NCBI GenBank assembly: GCA_043814035.1 | Contig: JBDRKJ010000007.1 | Span: 128,100 to 192,099, forward strand | Direction of reading: 5' to 3' | DNA length: 64,000 nucleotides | DNA from: Candidatus Peregrinibacteria bacterium | Lineage (GTDB): Bacteria; Patescibacteriota; Gracilibacteria; Peribacterales; Peribacteraceae | Shown here: positions 27,983 to 36,115 of the stretch, one piece after another | Layout: each line of letters starts with the position of its first letter | How positions within the stretch are numbered: position 1 is the first letter of the stretch | Notes under the pieces: generated by a model | Database searches by the model: none | What the model was told of the DNA's origin: nothing | Seen by the model: only the letters and a program-made list of their open reading frames with translations | Program-made: the position numbers and the translations under genes

Positions 27983-28252
27983 GAACCCCCTTACGACGCA
28001 TACAGAAACACATACACAAACCTGGCGCATAGCACACGCATGTATCAATCGGAAACAGGGTCAACGGCTGTTCGAGGTTTACTGTTAGGAGGGTAAGGGG
28101 GCAAAGGGGGGCATAGGGAACCGAATCTCGCCCGGATGACCTCCGGTCGGACGGGCAAGGTTCCCTGGCCCCCTGACAAAAATCTCTTTATTATCGAACA
28201 AAGATGGAAAACATTGAAAACACAACACAATGTTTTTGCCCTAGGGCCTGCC

Positions 28253-29914
28253 TCACCGTCTCCATGCTTTTTCGAGATACTCCTTCACACACCGGTGAGC
28301 GTTGAAGTACCCGATAAGGCCAATGGCGCGCTTCATGCGACGGATCCAGCGCGTGCGGCCTTCGAAGTAGTACTCCGGAATAATTTCGTACTGCAGCTGA
28401 GTGTAGATATCCTCCGCATCCACAATACGCGTAGAGTCGAGAGAAGTGGCCTGCACGAGCGGACCAATCCGCCAGCCGGCTTCGGGGTCGTACCCGTATC
28501 CCTCAATCCACCAGCCATCGAGCGTGGAGAAGTTGAGCACACCGTTGAGGCACGCTTTCATCCCCGAAGTGCCCGAGGCCTCGTGCAGACGCATGGGAGT
28601 GTTCAACCACACGTCAGCTCCCTGTACGAGCAGCCTGGCAAGATCGGGGTTGTAGTTTTCGAGATAGGCGATCTTCACCTTATCGCGCAGAGCGTGTGAG
28701 CGCTCCACCATGCGCTGAATCACCCCTTGTGCAAACGCATCGGACGGGTGAGCATTGCCGGAATGCACAATCTGCACACGTCCACGACACACATCCGCCA
28801 AGCGCTCCAAATTGTCGTAGAGAAGCTCCGGCTGCTTGTACGAAACCACGCGACGCGCACTGGCAATGGTGAGCACCTCTGGATCGAATGTCAGGCCCGT
28901 ACGCCGATTGACCTCAGCAATGAGACGTATCTTTGCCGTTTGATGTGCCTGCCATAATTCACCATCTTCGTAGTCACGACACGTTGAGAGGAGAATCGAT
29001 GGATCAGTGCGCCATCCTTTGCTTTTCACATCAAAGAGTGCCTGCATTTCTGGGCTGGACCATGTGAGATGGTGCACACCGTTGGTGATGGCATCGATCT
29101 TCGCTCCTGGGAACATTTTGCGCGAGACCTCCGCATGGATACGCGAAACCCCGCACGTAAAGCGGCTCATATTCATGGCAAGCTCCGTCATGGAGAGTGC
29201 ATCCTCCCCCGCGAGTTTTTGAATGTGCCAGGGTAAGTTATCGCCTGCGATCTTCCATGCGAGATCGTAGGGGAACACATCATGGCCCGCCTTGATGGGC
29301 GTATGTGTGGTAAAGGCGCAGGACCGTCGCACGTCCTGATCCTGCCACCCACGTTCGCGAAGCAATTCTAGGGTGAGGAATGCCGCGTGCCCCTCGTTCA
29401 TGTGATACGTACCGATGTCTTCGTAGCCAAGAGCGCGCAGCATCTTTACGCCGCCAATGCCAAGCACAACCTCCTGCCGGATACGCATGGCTTGGTCACC
29501 GCCGTAGAGCCTGTGCGTAATGCGATGCACTTCGGGGGGATTTTCGGGCAGGCTCGTATCGAGAAAGATGATCGGCACCGTCCCCTTCTCGCCCTTGAGG
29601 TCGAGCTGCCATGCACCCACCGTTACCGGCTGACCTTCGATGGTGACAGTGACACGCTGCGGAAGACGCTTAAGATATGCCGAAGGATCCCATGCAATCT
29701 CCTCGTAACGCTGCGAGCCGTCGGGGTTCAGGGTCTGCTTCAAATAGCCGTGCTTCCAGCAACCGGTCACACACACCGCTGGAGTACCCATATCTGCACA
29801 CGACTGCATGAGATCAGCCGTAAGGATTCCCAGCCCCCCTGCAAAGGTGGGGATGGCGCTGTTCAAGCCAATCTCCATCGAGAAGTACGCGACAGTCAGA
29901 GCGGGTTTGGACAT
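28253..29914 (-). CDS. glgP: Alpha-glucan (glycogen/maltodextrin) phosphorylase, short GT35 type
   Basis: AYFSMEIGL...PTFAGGLGILTADL, and the PLP-lysine region EASGTSGMKACLNGVLNFSTLDGWW. Confidence 0.9.
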   Translation of the reverse strand: MSKPALTVAYFSMEIGLNSAIPTFAGGLGILTADLMQSCADMGTPAVCVTGCWKHGYLKQTLNPDGSQRYEEIAWDPSAYLKRLPQRVTVTIEGQPVTVGAWQLDLKGEKGTVPIIFLDTSLPENPPEVHRITHRLYGGDQAMRIRQEVVLGIGGVKMLRALGYEDIGTYHMNEGHAAFLTLELLRERGWQDQDVRRSCAFTTHTPIKAGHDVFPYDLAWKIAGDNLPWHIQKLAGEDALSMTELAMNMSRFTCGVSRIHAEVSRKMFPGAKIDAITNGVHHLTWSSPEMQALFDVKSKGWRTDPSILLSTCRDYEDGELWQAHQTAKIRLIAEVNRRTGLTFDPEVLTIASARRVVSYKQPELLYDNLERLADVCRGRVQIVHSGNAHPSDAFAQGVIQRMVERSHALRDKVKIAYLENYNPDLARLLVQGADVWLNTPMRLHEASGTSGMKACLNGVLNFSTLDGWWIEGYGYDPEAGWRIGPLVQATSLDSTRIVDAEDIYTQLQYEIIPEYYFEGRTRWIRRMKRAIGLIGYFNAHRCVKEYLEKAWRR

Positions 29915-30022
29915 AGATTTGGCTGTTAATAGTATTATACAATATATTATGATTTATTGGAAGCACTGCCTGCACACCAAAGCAGTGACCGCAGGGCAAG
30001 AAATCCGTATCCTCGGCGTACC
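29915..30022. promoter_or_regulatory. AT-rich divergent promoter region between glgP and the phosphohexomutase gene
   Basis: On the minus strand, TATAAT (29934-29939) lies 19 nt before the glgP ATG. On the plus strand there are several -10-like hexamers (TATTAT, TATACA, TATATT). Confidence 0.4.
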
Positions 30023-31411
30023 ATGACTCACATTGATCCCTTCATTTTCCGCGCCTACGACATCCGCGGAAAGGTTCCCGCACAGATGAATGAAGACATC
30101 TACCGCCTGATTGGACAGGCTTTTGGTTCCATCGTGCGTGAACGCTACGCTCTCGATCACCCGAAGCTTGCCGTCGGACGCGACATGCGAACGCACAGTC
30201 CGCGCTTACAGCACTCCCTCATCGAAGGGCTCATTGGGACAGGGTGTGAGATCTTCGATATCGGCATGACGCCGAGCCCCGTGAACTACTTCACTATCGT
30301 TCAGCAGCAGCTCGATGGAGGTCTGCAAGTCACCGCAAGCCACAACCCGAAAGAGGATAACGGCGTCAAACTTCAGATGCGGGGTGCAGTCGCGTTCGCC
30401 GGGGAAGACATTCAAACACTGCTTAAAAGAATTCAGGCTGGTACGTTCCTCACAGGTGAAGGCTCTGTGCAGCCCATCGATGGCATCGCACCGTATCTGG
30501 ATTGGATCACAGAGCAGTTCGGCACGTGTGCCGAAGGGGCAACTGTTGTGATCGACACGGGCAACGGTACATCCGGACCCGTGATGCTCGAGGCACTTAA
30601 GCACATTGGGGCCAATGTCATCGGGCTCTACTTGGAACCGGACGGCACGTTCCCCAATCATCCCGCTGATCCCAGCAAGCGAGATACACTCAAAGAGCTG
30701 CAAGAGAGAGTGCAGACAGAGAAAGCAAACATTGGTTTTGCCCTTGATGGCGACGGAGATCGTCTGGGTGTTGTAGATGAGCAGGGCACTATCCTCAGCT
30801 GCGATCAGACACTCCTCTTTCTTGCAGAAGATTACCTCAAACGATTTCCCGGTAAACCCGTTGTATTCACGACGAGCATGTCTTCGACGCTCGAAACCGA
30901 AATCCAAAAGTGGGGTGGAGAGCCTGTGATGTGCAAGGTGGGCCACTCCTTCGTGGAGCACGAGATGCAGAAGCACGGCGCCCCGCTGGGCGGCGAGCAG
31001 TCGGGTCATTTCTTCTTAGAAGATCTTGCACACGGTTACGATGACGCCCTTATCGTGGCCCTGCAGGTGCTCGCGATTCTGTGGCGCACAAAGGAACCTC
31101 TCTCGCAACGCCTTGCACGCTACCCCAAAGTCTTCGTAGCACAGGAACTGAGGCCGACCTGCCCCGACAACCGTAAGTTCCAGGTGATCGATAGCATCAT
31201 CGCGCACTTCGAGAAGACGTATCCCGTAAATACGATGGATGGTGCGCGCATCGATTTCGGTGATGGTGCGTGGTCGAATATCCGCGCGAGCAACACGAGC
31301 CCCAAGCTCTCGATCTGCATCGAGGCACGCTCGCAAGAGAGGCTCGTAGAGATTGAAGGGCTCATTCTCGAGCACCTTAAAACATACCCAGAGATCACGC
31401 TTAAAGGCTGA
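30023..31411 (+). CDS. Phosphoglucomutase/phosphomannomutase (alpha-D-phosphohexomutase)
   Basis: FRAYDIRG, active-site TASHNPKEDNGVKL, Mg loop FALDGDGDRL, GGEQSGH. The start is placed at ATG 30023. The TTG at 29957 adds a non-conserved extension. Confidence 0.9.
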   Translation: MTHIDPFIFRAYDIRGKVPAQMNEDIYRLIGQAFGSIVRERYALDHPKLAVGRDMRTHSPRLQHSLIEGLIGTGCEIFDIGMTPSPVNYFTIVQQQLDGGLQVTASHNPKEDNGVKLQMRGAVAFAGEDIQTLLKRIQAGTFLTGEGSVQPIDGIAPYLDWITEQFGTCAEGATVVIDTGNGTSGPVMLEALKHIGANVIGLYLEPDGTFPNHPADPSKRDTLKELQERVQTEKANIGFALDGDGDRLGVVDEQGTILSCDQTLLFLAEDYLKRFPGKPVVFTTSMSSTLETEIQKWGGEPVMCKVGHSFVEHEMQKHGAPLGGEQSGHFFLEDLAHGYDDALIVALQVLAILWRTKEPLSQRLARYPKVFVAQELRPTCPDNRKFQVIDSIIAHFEKTYPVNTMDGARIDFGDGAWSNIRASNTSPKLSICIEARSQERLVEIEGLILEHLKTYPEITLKG

Positions 31412-31487
31412 TTCTCCGCCAATAAACACCTTAAGACCGAGCACAATATTTGCTCAAGCCTTGGGGGGTGTGCTAGAGTGCTCGGCG

Positions 31488-31652
31488 ATGTGGCCATTTC
31501 GTCGCCGCTGCACTGAAGAAAAGAAAGGCAACCGCCTGATCAAGCGGCTCGTCGTTGGACTGATCATCGGCGGAGCCATCGGCTCTATCGTTGGCGGCAA
31601 GGTTATCGATAAGCACCGCCGCGAGCACGGCGTGGATAAGGATGAGGAGTAG
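31488..31652 (+). CDS. Small (54 aa) single-pass membrane protein, hypothetical
   Basis: MWPFRRR...LVVGLIIGGAIGSIVGG.... TGCTAGAGT (an extended -10-like element) ends 8 nt before the ATG, which fits the leaderless pattern seen elsewhere in the window. Confidence 0.35.
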   Translation: MWPFRRRCTEEKKGNRLIKRLVVGLIIGGAIGSIVGGKVIDKHRREHGVDKDEE

Positions 31653-31662
31653 GTGCTTGCCC

Positions 31663-32655
31663 TTATTCTTCCAGCTCACCCACAAGGCTCTTCTCCATGA
31701 CTTCACGTAGCCGGGGAGCGCTTTTGCTTTGTGTCAGTACCCACATGAGTTTGACGAGCGCACACTCGAATGTCAGATCTTTGCCAGAAATGACACCAAA
31801 CTGCTCTAGTGCGGCTTGCTTGCGAAAACGATGCAGATCGGTGCGGCCGCGAATGGTCTGTGACGTCATCACAATAGGAATCCCCTGTGCCGTGACGCGC
31901 CGCAACCACGGAAAGAGTCGTTCGGGGAGCATGCCGGGGCCGTAGGCACGCATGACGATGCCGTGCGGCTTGGTCGAGAGAATTGCATCGAGAAATGACG
32001 GTTGTAACGCTGGATGGAGCGTGACCGCGGCCACACACGAATCGAATGTAGGACGACACAGAAGCTGTCGCTTGCGCCGCACGATGCGTTGCTCACTCAA
32101 ATGCACGCCCTCATTGAATTCGGCAAGTGGTGGAATGCGTGTGGTATCAAACGTCTGCAGCAGCGACTGATCCACCTTCTTCGCCCGACATCCCCTGAGT
32201 ACATGGGGGCCCAGCACGATACAGACTTCGGCAATGTCGAGCTGAGCGGCGCGAATCGCAAACACCAAATTCATACGCCCGTCGCCAGAGATGTCATTGA
32301 TGGGCATAATCGCCCCGGTAAGGATCACCGGCTTACTCAGACCCTGCAGAGCAAAACTGAGGGCGGCGGCGGTGTACCCCATGGTGTTCGTGCCGTGTAC
32401 GACGACAAATCCATCGAAATCGTCGTAGTACTGCTCGATCGTCTGTGCGATTTCGATCCAGTCCTTCTCCGTGACTTCTGAAGATCCCACGTTGCTCAAC
32501 GAAAAGAATTTGAGCGCCACTTCGCGCTGCAACTCAGGCAAAAAACGGTGGATTTCATTCAGAGACTCTATGGGCTCAATACGTCCGGTTTTGCGGTTCA
32601 TCTTCATCCCGATGGACCCGCCAACGTACAGAAGTGCAATCTTCGAACGTGCCAT
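31663..32655 (-). CDS. ansA: Type I L-asparaginase family protein (AnsA-like) with substituted catalytic residues
   Basis: Collinear with my recollection of E. coli AnsA: LLYVGGSIGM (TGGTIGM in AnsA), FDGFVVVHGTNTMGYTAAALSF (HGTDTM), PVILTGA, GDGRMNL. Confidence 0.8.
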   Translation of the reverse strand: MARSKIALLYVGGSIGMKMNRKTGRIEPIESLNEIHRFLPELQREVALKFFSLSNVGSSEVTEKDWIEIAQTIEQYYDDFDGFVVVHGTNTMGYTAAALSFALQGLSKPVILTGAIMPINDISGDGRMNLVFAIRAAQLDIAEVCIVLGPHVLRGCRAKKVDQSLLQTFDTTRIPPLAEFNEGVHLSEQRIVRRKRQLLCRPTFDSCVAAVTLHPALQPSFLDAILSTKPHGIVMRAYGPGMLPERLFPWLRRVTAQGIPIVMTSQTIRGRTDLHRFRKQAALEQFGVISGKDLTFECALVKLMWVLTQSKSAPRLREVMEKSLVGELEE

Positions 32656-32661
32656 AGATGG

Positions 32662-32689
32662 AGTTTACTCGTGGACCTTGCTCGTGCAA
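32662..32689 (-). promoter_or_regulatory. Promoter giving a leaderless ansA mRNA (TTGCAC-N16-TAAACT-N6-ATG)
   Basis: Read on the minus strand: TTGCAC at 32689-32684, TAAACT at 32667-32662, ATG at 32655. Confidence 0.45.
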
Positions 32690-32724
32690 GAAAATGGCAG
32701 AGGAGTCCCCTCATCTCGTTCCTA

Positions 32725-33360
32725 CTACTCACCGAGAATCACCTCCTCCACCTCGTGAACCGCTACGTCCAGTTGGTCATCGCGATTCACCACACGCGCC
32801 GTACACAGATCTGCAATCTTCAACTCTTTGTCCATACTGGCGATGCGCCGCTGCAGCTCTTCTTCTTCAATTGGTGCACGCTTGCGAATGCGCTCAATGA
32901 GCCCATCACGACTTTCAGGCAGAATGAAAATGGAGACGAGTGGAAAGCGCGCCTCCTTGCCAGAGAAGAGGGCGTGCGTACGAATGCTGTGAAAGCCCTG
33001 AATATCCACTTCACGCACGACGGTCTTGCCCTGCGTCAGAGCAGGAACAATCTCTTCTTCGAGGGTGCCGTAGCGTGCTCCCTCGTGTACCTGCGCCCAC
33101 TCGAGAACCTGATCCTGCGTGACGAGCGCATCGAACTCCTCATCCGAGAGAAAGCGGTAGAGATCATCACTCTCTCCTGATCGCTGCTTGCGGGTGGTGG
33201 CGCTGCGTGGAAACACGAACTCGGGATGATGCTTCTTAAGCTCCAGAAGCACCACGCTCTTGCCCACTCCGCTCGGCCCAATGATGAGCACGAGCTTGCC
33301 CTTCGCGTGACCAGATGACGTGCCCGTTATGCGGCTGGAAGAGGTCATACCCTTGCGCAT
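32725..33360 (-). CDS. gmk: Guanylate kinase
   Basis: P-loop GPSGVGKS, SATTRKQRSGE, YRFLSDEEF, LEWAQVHEGARYGT. Confidence 0.9.
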   Translation of the reverse strand: MRKGMTSSSRITGTSSGHAKGKLVLIIGPSGVGKSVVLLELKKHHPEFVFPRSATTRKQRSGESDDLYRFLSDEEFDALVTQDQVLEWAQVHEGARYGTLEEEIVPALTQGKTVVREVDIQGFHSIRTHALFSGKEARFPLVSIFILPESRDGLIERIRKRAPIEEEELQRRIASMDKELKIADLCTARVVNRDDQLDVAVHEVEEVILGE

Positions 33361-33377
33361 CCTACCGCATCGGACGG

Positions 33378-33406
33378 TTGTCTGACCATGGTAAGCGTGC
33401 TATACT
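33378..33406 (+). promoter_or_regulatory. Sigma70-like promoter facing into a gene-free region (TTGTCT-N17-TATACT)
   Basis: The -10 TATACT is identical to the -10 of the purE and ftsE promoters in this window. No ATG follows at leaderless distance. Confidence 0.35.
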
Positions 33407-33412
33407 GGCTAG

Positions 33413-33907
33413 ATTTGTTCTTTGACATCCCTGTCCATCATTTAACGCAGGGAGCAGTGAGAAGTGACACCGCGATTACACGGCTTCGGTGGCTTTATCG
33501 CTCTCGTCGTCCGTGTATCACGGATCCTCCTGAAGATCTTCTTCAGGCCCCGCACCTTTCTGTGCTTGCACAAAAGGGTGCGGGGTCAGTCACTTCTCTC
33601 TCCTCCCTGTTCTTCTCTGCACTCTGTGCAGAACACGGTTGACCGCCGTGCCACGCTGGGGCCTTAGGGTTCCGGCAAACACAAACATTCCACGCTCCCG
33701 GGGAACTATCGGGAGGCCGATGCCCGAGCTTCGGGCTACCACCAACACAAACACTGGTGCGCGCCCATTCTAGCGCGTACAGGACAGGGGGCCAGAGCCG
33801 GTCACTCTGGGACCGATCTCAAGCACATTACACTCGTGCATGAGGTCACGGGGCACTCGCCTCTTGCGTTCCACAGGGAACATGAGGGGCGGGTGCCCCA
33901 CTTTTAT
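33413..33907 (+). ncRNA. Candidate novel structured ncRNA (~0.5 kb), class unknown
   Basis: A 560-bp gap with no credible ORF in an otherwise tightly packed window, with a promoter-like element upstream and a terminator-like element at the 3' end. Hairpins:
- 33529-33547 (8 bp).
- 33548-33585 (~16 bp).
- 33695-33715.
- 33722-33736.
- 33850-33899 (12 bp outer plus inner stem).

A CA-rich single-stranded motif AACACAAACA occurs twice (33678-33687, 33744-33753). Confidence 0.3.
33850..33907 (+). terminator. Intrinsic terminator candidate, plus-strand orientation
   Basis: GGGGCACTCGCC...GGCGGGTGCCCC (12 bp including one G-U pair; inner GTTCC-ACAG-GGAAC) followed by ACTTTTAT. The T-tract is on the plus strand only. 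Confidence 0.45.
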
Positions 33908-33919
33908 ATGTGCAATTGT

Positions 33920-34258
33920 TTATGAGCGAAGCGGACCGACAGGCTGGCGCGCCGCAAGCAGGCAATCTTCGCGAGCCTCATACCTGTTCATGCCACTCTG
34001 ACGCCCACCGTATTTACATTCAACTGCCATCCAAATGGTTCCATCCGCTTCCACCCACATTCCGTACACGGTGCCCTGCCATTCATGATGCACGTGTACC
34101 ACTTCATTCCCTACCCTGAAACGTGCGCCGAGAAGTATCTGTGCCTCTTCATATACGCTGCGTTGCGTATGTGTGAGACGCCATGGAACGAAGGATGACG
34201 CGACAACCTCCGCACGTGGAACGGAATCGACGCTGCCCTCAGCAAGGAGCTCGGACAT
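33920..34258 (-). CDS. Hypothetical protein (112 aa)
   Basis: The ORF starts 21 nt after the upstream methyltransferase stop. No family recognised. Confidence 0.4.
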   Translation of the reverse strand: MSELLAEGSVDSVPRAEVVASSFVPWRLTHTQRSVYEEAQILLGARFRVGNEVVHVHHEWQGTVYGMWVEADGTIWMAVECKYGGRQSGMNRYEAREDCLLAARQPVGPLRS

Positions 34259-34279
34259 GGGACACCGTAATAGTACATG

Positions 34280-34942
34280 TCACCACTCGTAGAGCCAGAG
34301 CATGTTTGTCTTGCCGAGCCATGGCACGACTTTCTTTGCCACGGGCTGCCGGTGTGGGAATGGGAAGACGTACGACACCACTTTCGTCCCGGGCTTGAGC
34401 TCCTGGTTCAATCGTTCCTCGAGCGACGGCATGACCGTGCCGAACAGGTAGAGGAACAGGCAATCGGCATCATGCAGATTCTGTTTCTTGGAATCACCGA
34501 GCCGGAAGGTGATCTTCTGCCCGCTCCACCAGATTCGCAGCTTACCGAGGAGCCAAACCGTCGGTACATACTCCCACCCAATAGCACGGATGCCCGGATG
34601 CAGACGTTTGGCCGTGATGAGGATGCGCCCATCCCCTGCTCCGAGATCGTAGACTGTCTCGTCTCCTCTAAGATCGGCAAACCGAATCATCTCTTCACTC
34701 ACCTGCTTGGAGGTGGGAACAAAGGGAACACCTACAAAGATGTTGCCCAGCGCCGTCACGATGACAGTGAGAAGCAGGAGAAACGCAATGCCGAGGAGCA
34801 GATATCCAAAAAGAATACGTACACTGTACGTCAGACTGTTGGAATTCTCACATGTTAGTGGATTGGTGGAGCTGAGGGGACCCTTCGGTTTTTGCCTCAG
34901 GGCAAGCTCGAACCCTTCACTGCGTTCAGGATAAAACCCCAT
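34280..34942 (-). CDS. Membrane-anchored class I SAM-dependent methyltransferase
   Basis: TM helix (ILFGYLLLGIAFLLLLTVIV), then motif I VYDLGAGDGRILI. The first ~26 codons overlap a tRNA-like fragment, so the true start is uncertain. Confidence 0.65.
   Translation of the reverse strand: MGFYPERSEGFELALRQKPKGPLSSTNPLTCENSNSLTYSVRILFGYLLLGIAFLLLLTVIVTALGNIFVGVPFVPTSKQVSEEMIRFADLRGDETVYDLGAGDGRILITAKRLHPGIRAIGWEYVPTVWLLGKLRIWWSGQKITFRLGDSKKQNLHDADCLFLYLFGTVMPSLEERLNQELKPGTKVVSYVFPFPHRQPVAKKVVPWLGKTNMLWLYEW
34863..34940 (-). other. tRNA-like fragment carrying an exact 19-nt copy of the tRNA-Ala 3' end
   Basis: 34863-34881 is identical to 35125-35143 (TTGGTGGAGCTGAGGGGAC). The 77-nt unit starts GGGG, contains GGGTTCGAGC (T-loop-like) and ends CCCCTCAGCTCCACCA. 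It does not fold into a cloverleaf. Confidence 0.5.
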
Positions 34943-34980
34943 GGCTTGCCAACCGTAGTCAGGAGGGTCGTGCGTGAAAG

Positions 34981-35017
34981 GTCCACCTCCGCTCGCTACG
35001 GCGAGGCTACGGTGGAC
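34981..35017. repeat. Nested-hairpin repeat unit H1
   Basis: GTCCACC-TCCG-CTCGC-TACG-GCGAG-GCTACG-GTGGAC. It has a 7-bp outer stem and a 5-bp inner stem. Confidence 0.7.
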
Positions 35018-35062
35018 AACCTCCGCTCCTGGTTAGCTTGCCAACCGTAGCCGAAGCGACTC

Positions 35063-35105
35063 AATAGAAAAGTCGACCTCCGCTCCTTCGGAGACTACGG
35101 TCGAC
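35063..35105 (-). terminator. Nested-hairpin repeat unit H2 acting as the terminator after tRNA-Ala
   Basis: On the minus strand, tRNA-Ala CCA is followed by a 9-bp hairpin (35106-35126). Next comes GTCGACC...GGTCGAC (35072-35105), then TTTTCTATTG. Confidence 0.6.
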
Positions 35106-35125
35106 AACCTTCGCTTCGCGAAGGT

Positions 35126-35201
<76 letters not shown>

Positions 35202-35259
35202 AACGGTGAATTGCAGACGAGCAAGGAACTTAAGTGACGCAGTAAGTCGCAAGATCCGT

Positions 35260-35293
35260 TGCCCTCCGTAGTCCGCGCAGCGGCGAAGGAGGG
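35260..35293. repeat. Nested-hairpin repeat unit H3 (inverted orientation)
   Basis: GCCCTCC-GTAGTCCGCGCAGCGGCGAA-GGAGGGC. Its reverse complement matches the H1/H2/H4 pattern (..CC-TTCGC...CTACG-G..). Confidence 0.65.
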
Positions 35294-35329
35294 CAGGCTC
35301 ATCTACACTGCCAGAAGAAAGAAAGAACC

Positions 35330-35366
35330 AGTCCTCCTTCGCCCGCAAATGCGGGTCTACGGAGGA
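35330..35366. repeat. Nested-hairpin repeat unit H4
   Basis: GTCCTCC-TTCG-CCCGC-AAAT-GCGGG-TCTACG-GAGGAC. Confidence 0.7.
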
Positions 35367-35412
35367 CATATCCCAGAACGTCCTCGGCTTCGCCTGCGGC
35401 GCTCTGGAGATA

Positions 35413-35490
35413 TGGTGCGCCCGGCAGGATTTGAACCTGCGATCTCCTGGACCGCAACCAGACGCTTTATCCGGACTAAGCTACGGGCGC
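35413..35490 (-). tRNA. tRNA-Arg (anticodon GCG), CCA encoded
   Basis: Hand-folded: acceptor GCGCCCG/CGGGCGC, D stem GCTT/AAGC, anticodon stem TCTGG/CCAGG with loop TTGCGGT, T arm GCAGG-TTCAAAT-CCTGC. Confidence 0.85.
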
Positions 35491-35640
35491 ACGTTCGAGA
35501 AGAAAGAACGAATACAAACAGCTCCGAAAAGCCGAGGAAGCGTAGCATTCGTGCTAAAAGGAAACAAACGTCTTTCGCGCTTTCCCGCAAGATCGACGAG
35601 GCTTTGGCGTCGGCGGGTCGTTTTCCTCTATACTGCGGCC

Positions 35641-36090
35641 ATGCTCGTCACTCTCCTCCTTGGCAGTACGTCAGATACGGAATTTGCGCAGAAGATCGCC
35701 GATGCGCTGAAAGAATTCTCTGTCCCCAGTGAGATCGTTGTGGCCTCGGCACACAAGGTGCCCGAAAAGGTGGTAGAGATCATCGCAAAACTCAATTCAG
35801 ATCCGCAGCCGCAGGTCGTCATCACCGTAGTCGGAATGAGCAATGGGCTCGCCGGAGTGGCTGCTGCCAGCTGCGTGCACCCCGTACTCACCTGCCCTCC
35901 CGCCAAGACGCTGGAGGAATACCAGGTGGATTTGCACTCGAGCCTGCGCATGCCATCGGATGTTCCGGTGATGACGGTGCTACACCCAAAAAATGCCGCA
36001 CTGGCTGCTGTGCGGATTCTTGCTGAAACTGACCCGGATCTGAAGAAAAAGGTGATAGAGCGCATTGAGAAGATCAAGGCAGGCTACTAG
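35641..36090 (+). CDS. purE: N5-carboxyaminoimidazole ribonucleotide mutase / AIR carboxylase (PurE family)
   Basis: LLLGSTSD, VASAHKVPE, VVGMSNGLAGVAAA, VPVMTV. The start is set at ATG 35641, 6 nt after TATACT (35629-35634). The longer ORF from 35431 runs across tRNA-Arg. Confidence 0.8.
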   Translation: MLVTLLLGSTSDTEFAQKIADALKEFSVPSEIVVASAHKVPEKVVEIIAKLNSDPQPQVVITVVGMSNGLAGVAAASCVHPVLTCPPAKTLEEYQVDLHSSLRMPSDVPVMTVLHPKNAALAAVRILAETDPDLKKKVIERIEKIKAGY

Positions 36091-36115
36091 TATCATCCTC
36101 TTTCTTCGATGATCT

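Noticed and set aside
33413-33907. Known ncRNA classes for the gene-free region: RNase P RNA, tmRNA, SRP RNA, group II intron domain V.
   Set aside because: The universal cores are absent on both strands: GGAAAGUCC of P4, a tRNA-like T-arm with a CCA end plus tag ORF, and the GGAA-tetraloop/AGCA SRP motif. Only a loose CAGAACACGG match to the RNase P P4 3' strand was seen, without its pairing partner. The region is kept as an unknown candidate rather than assigned.
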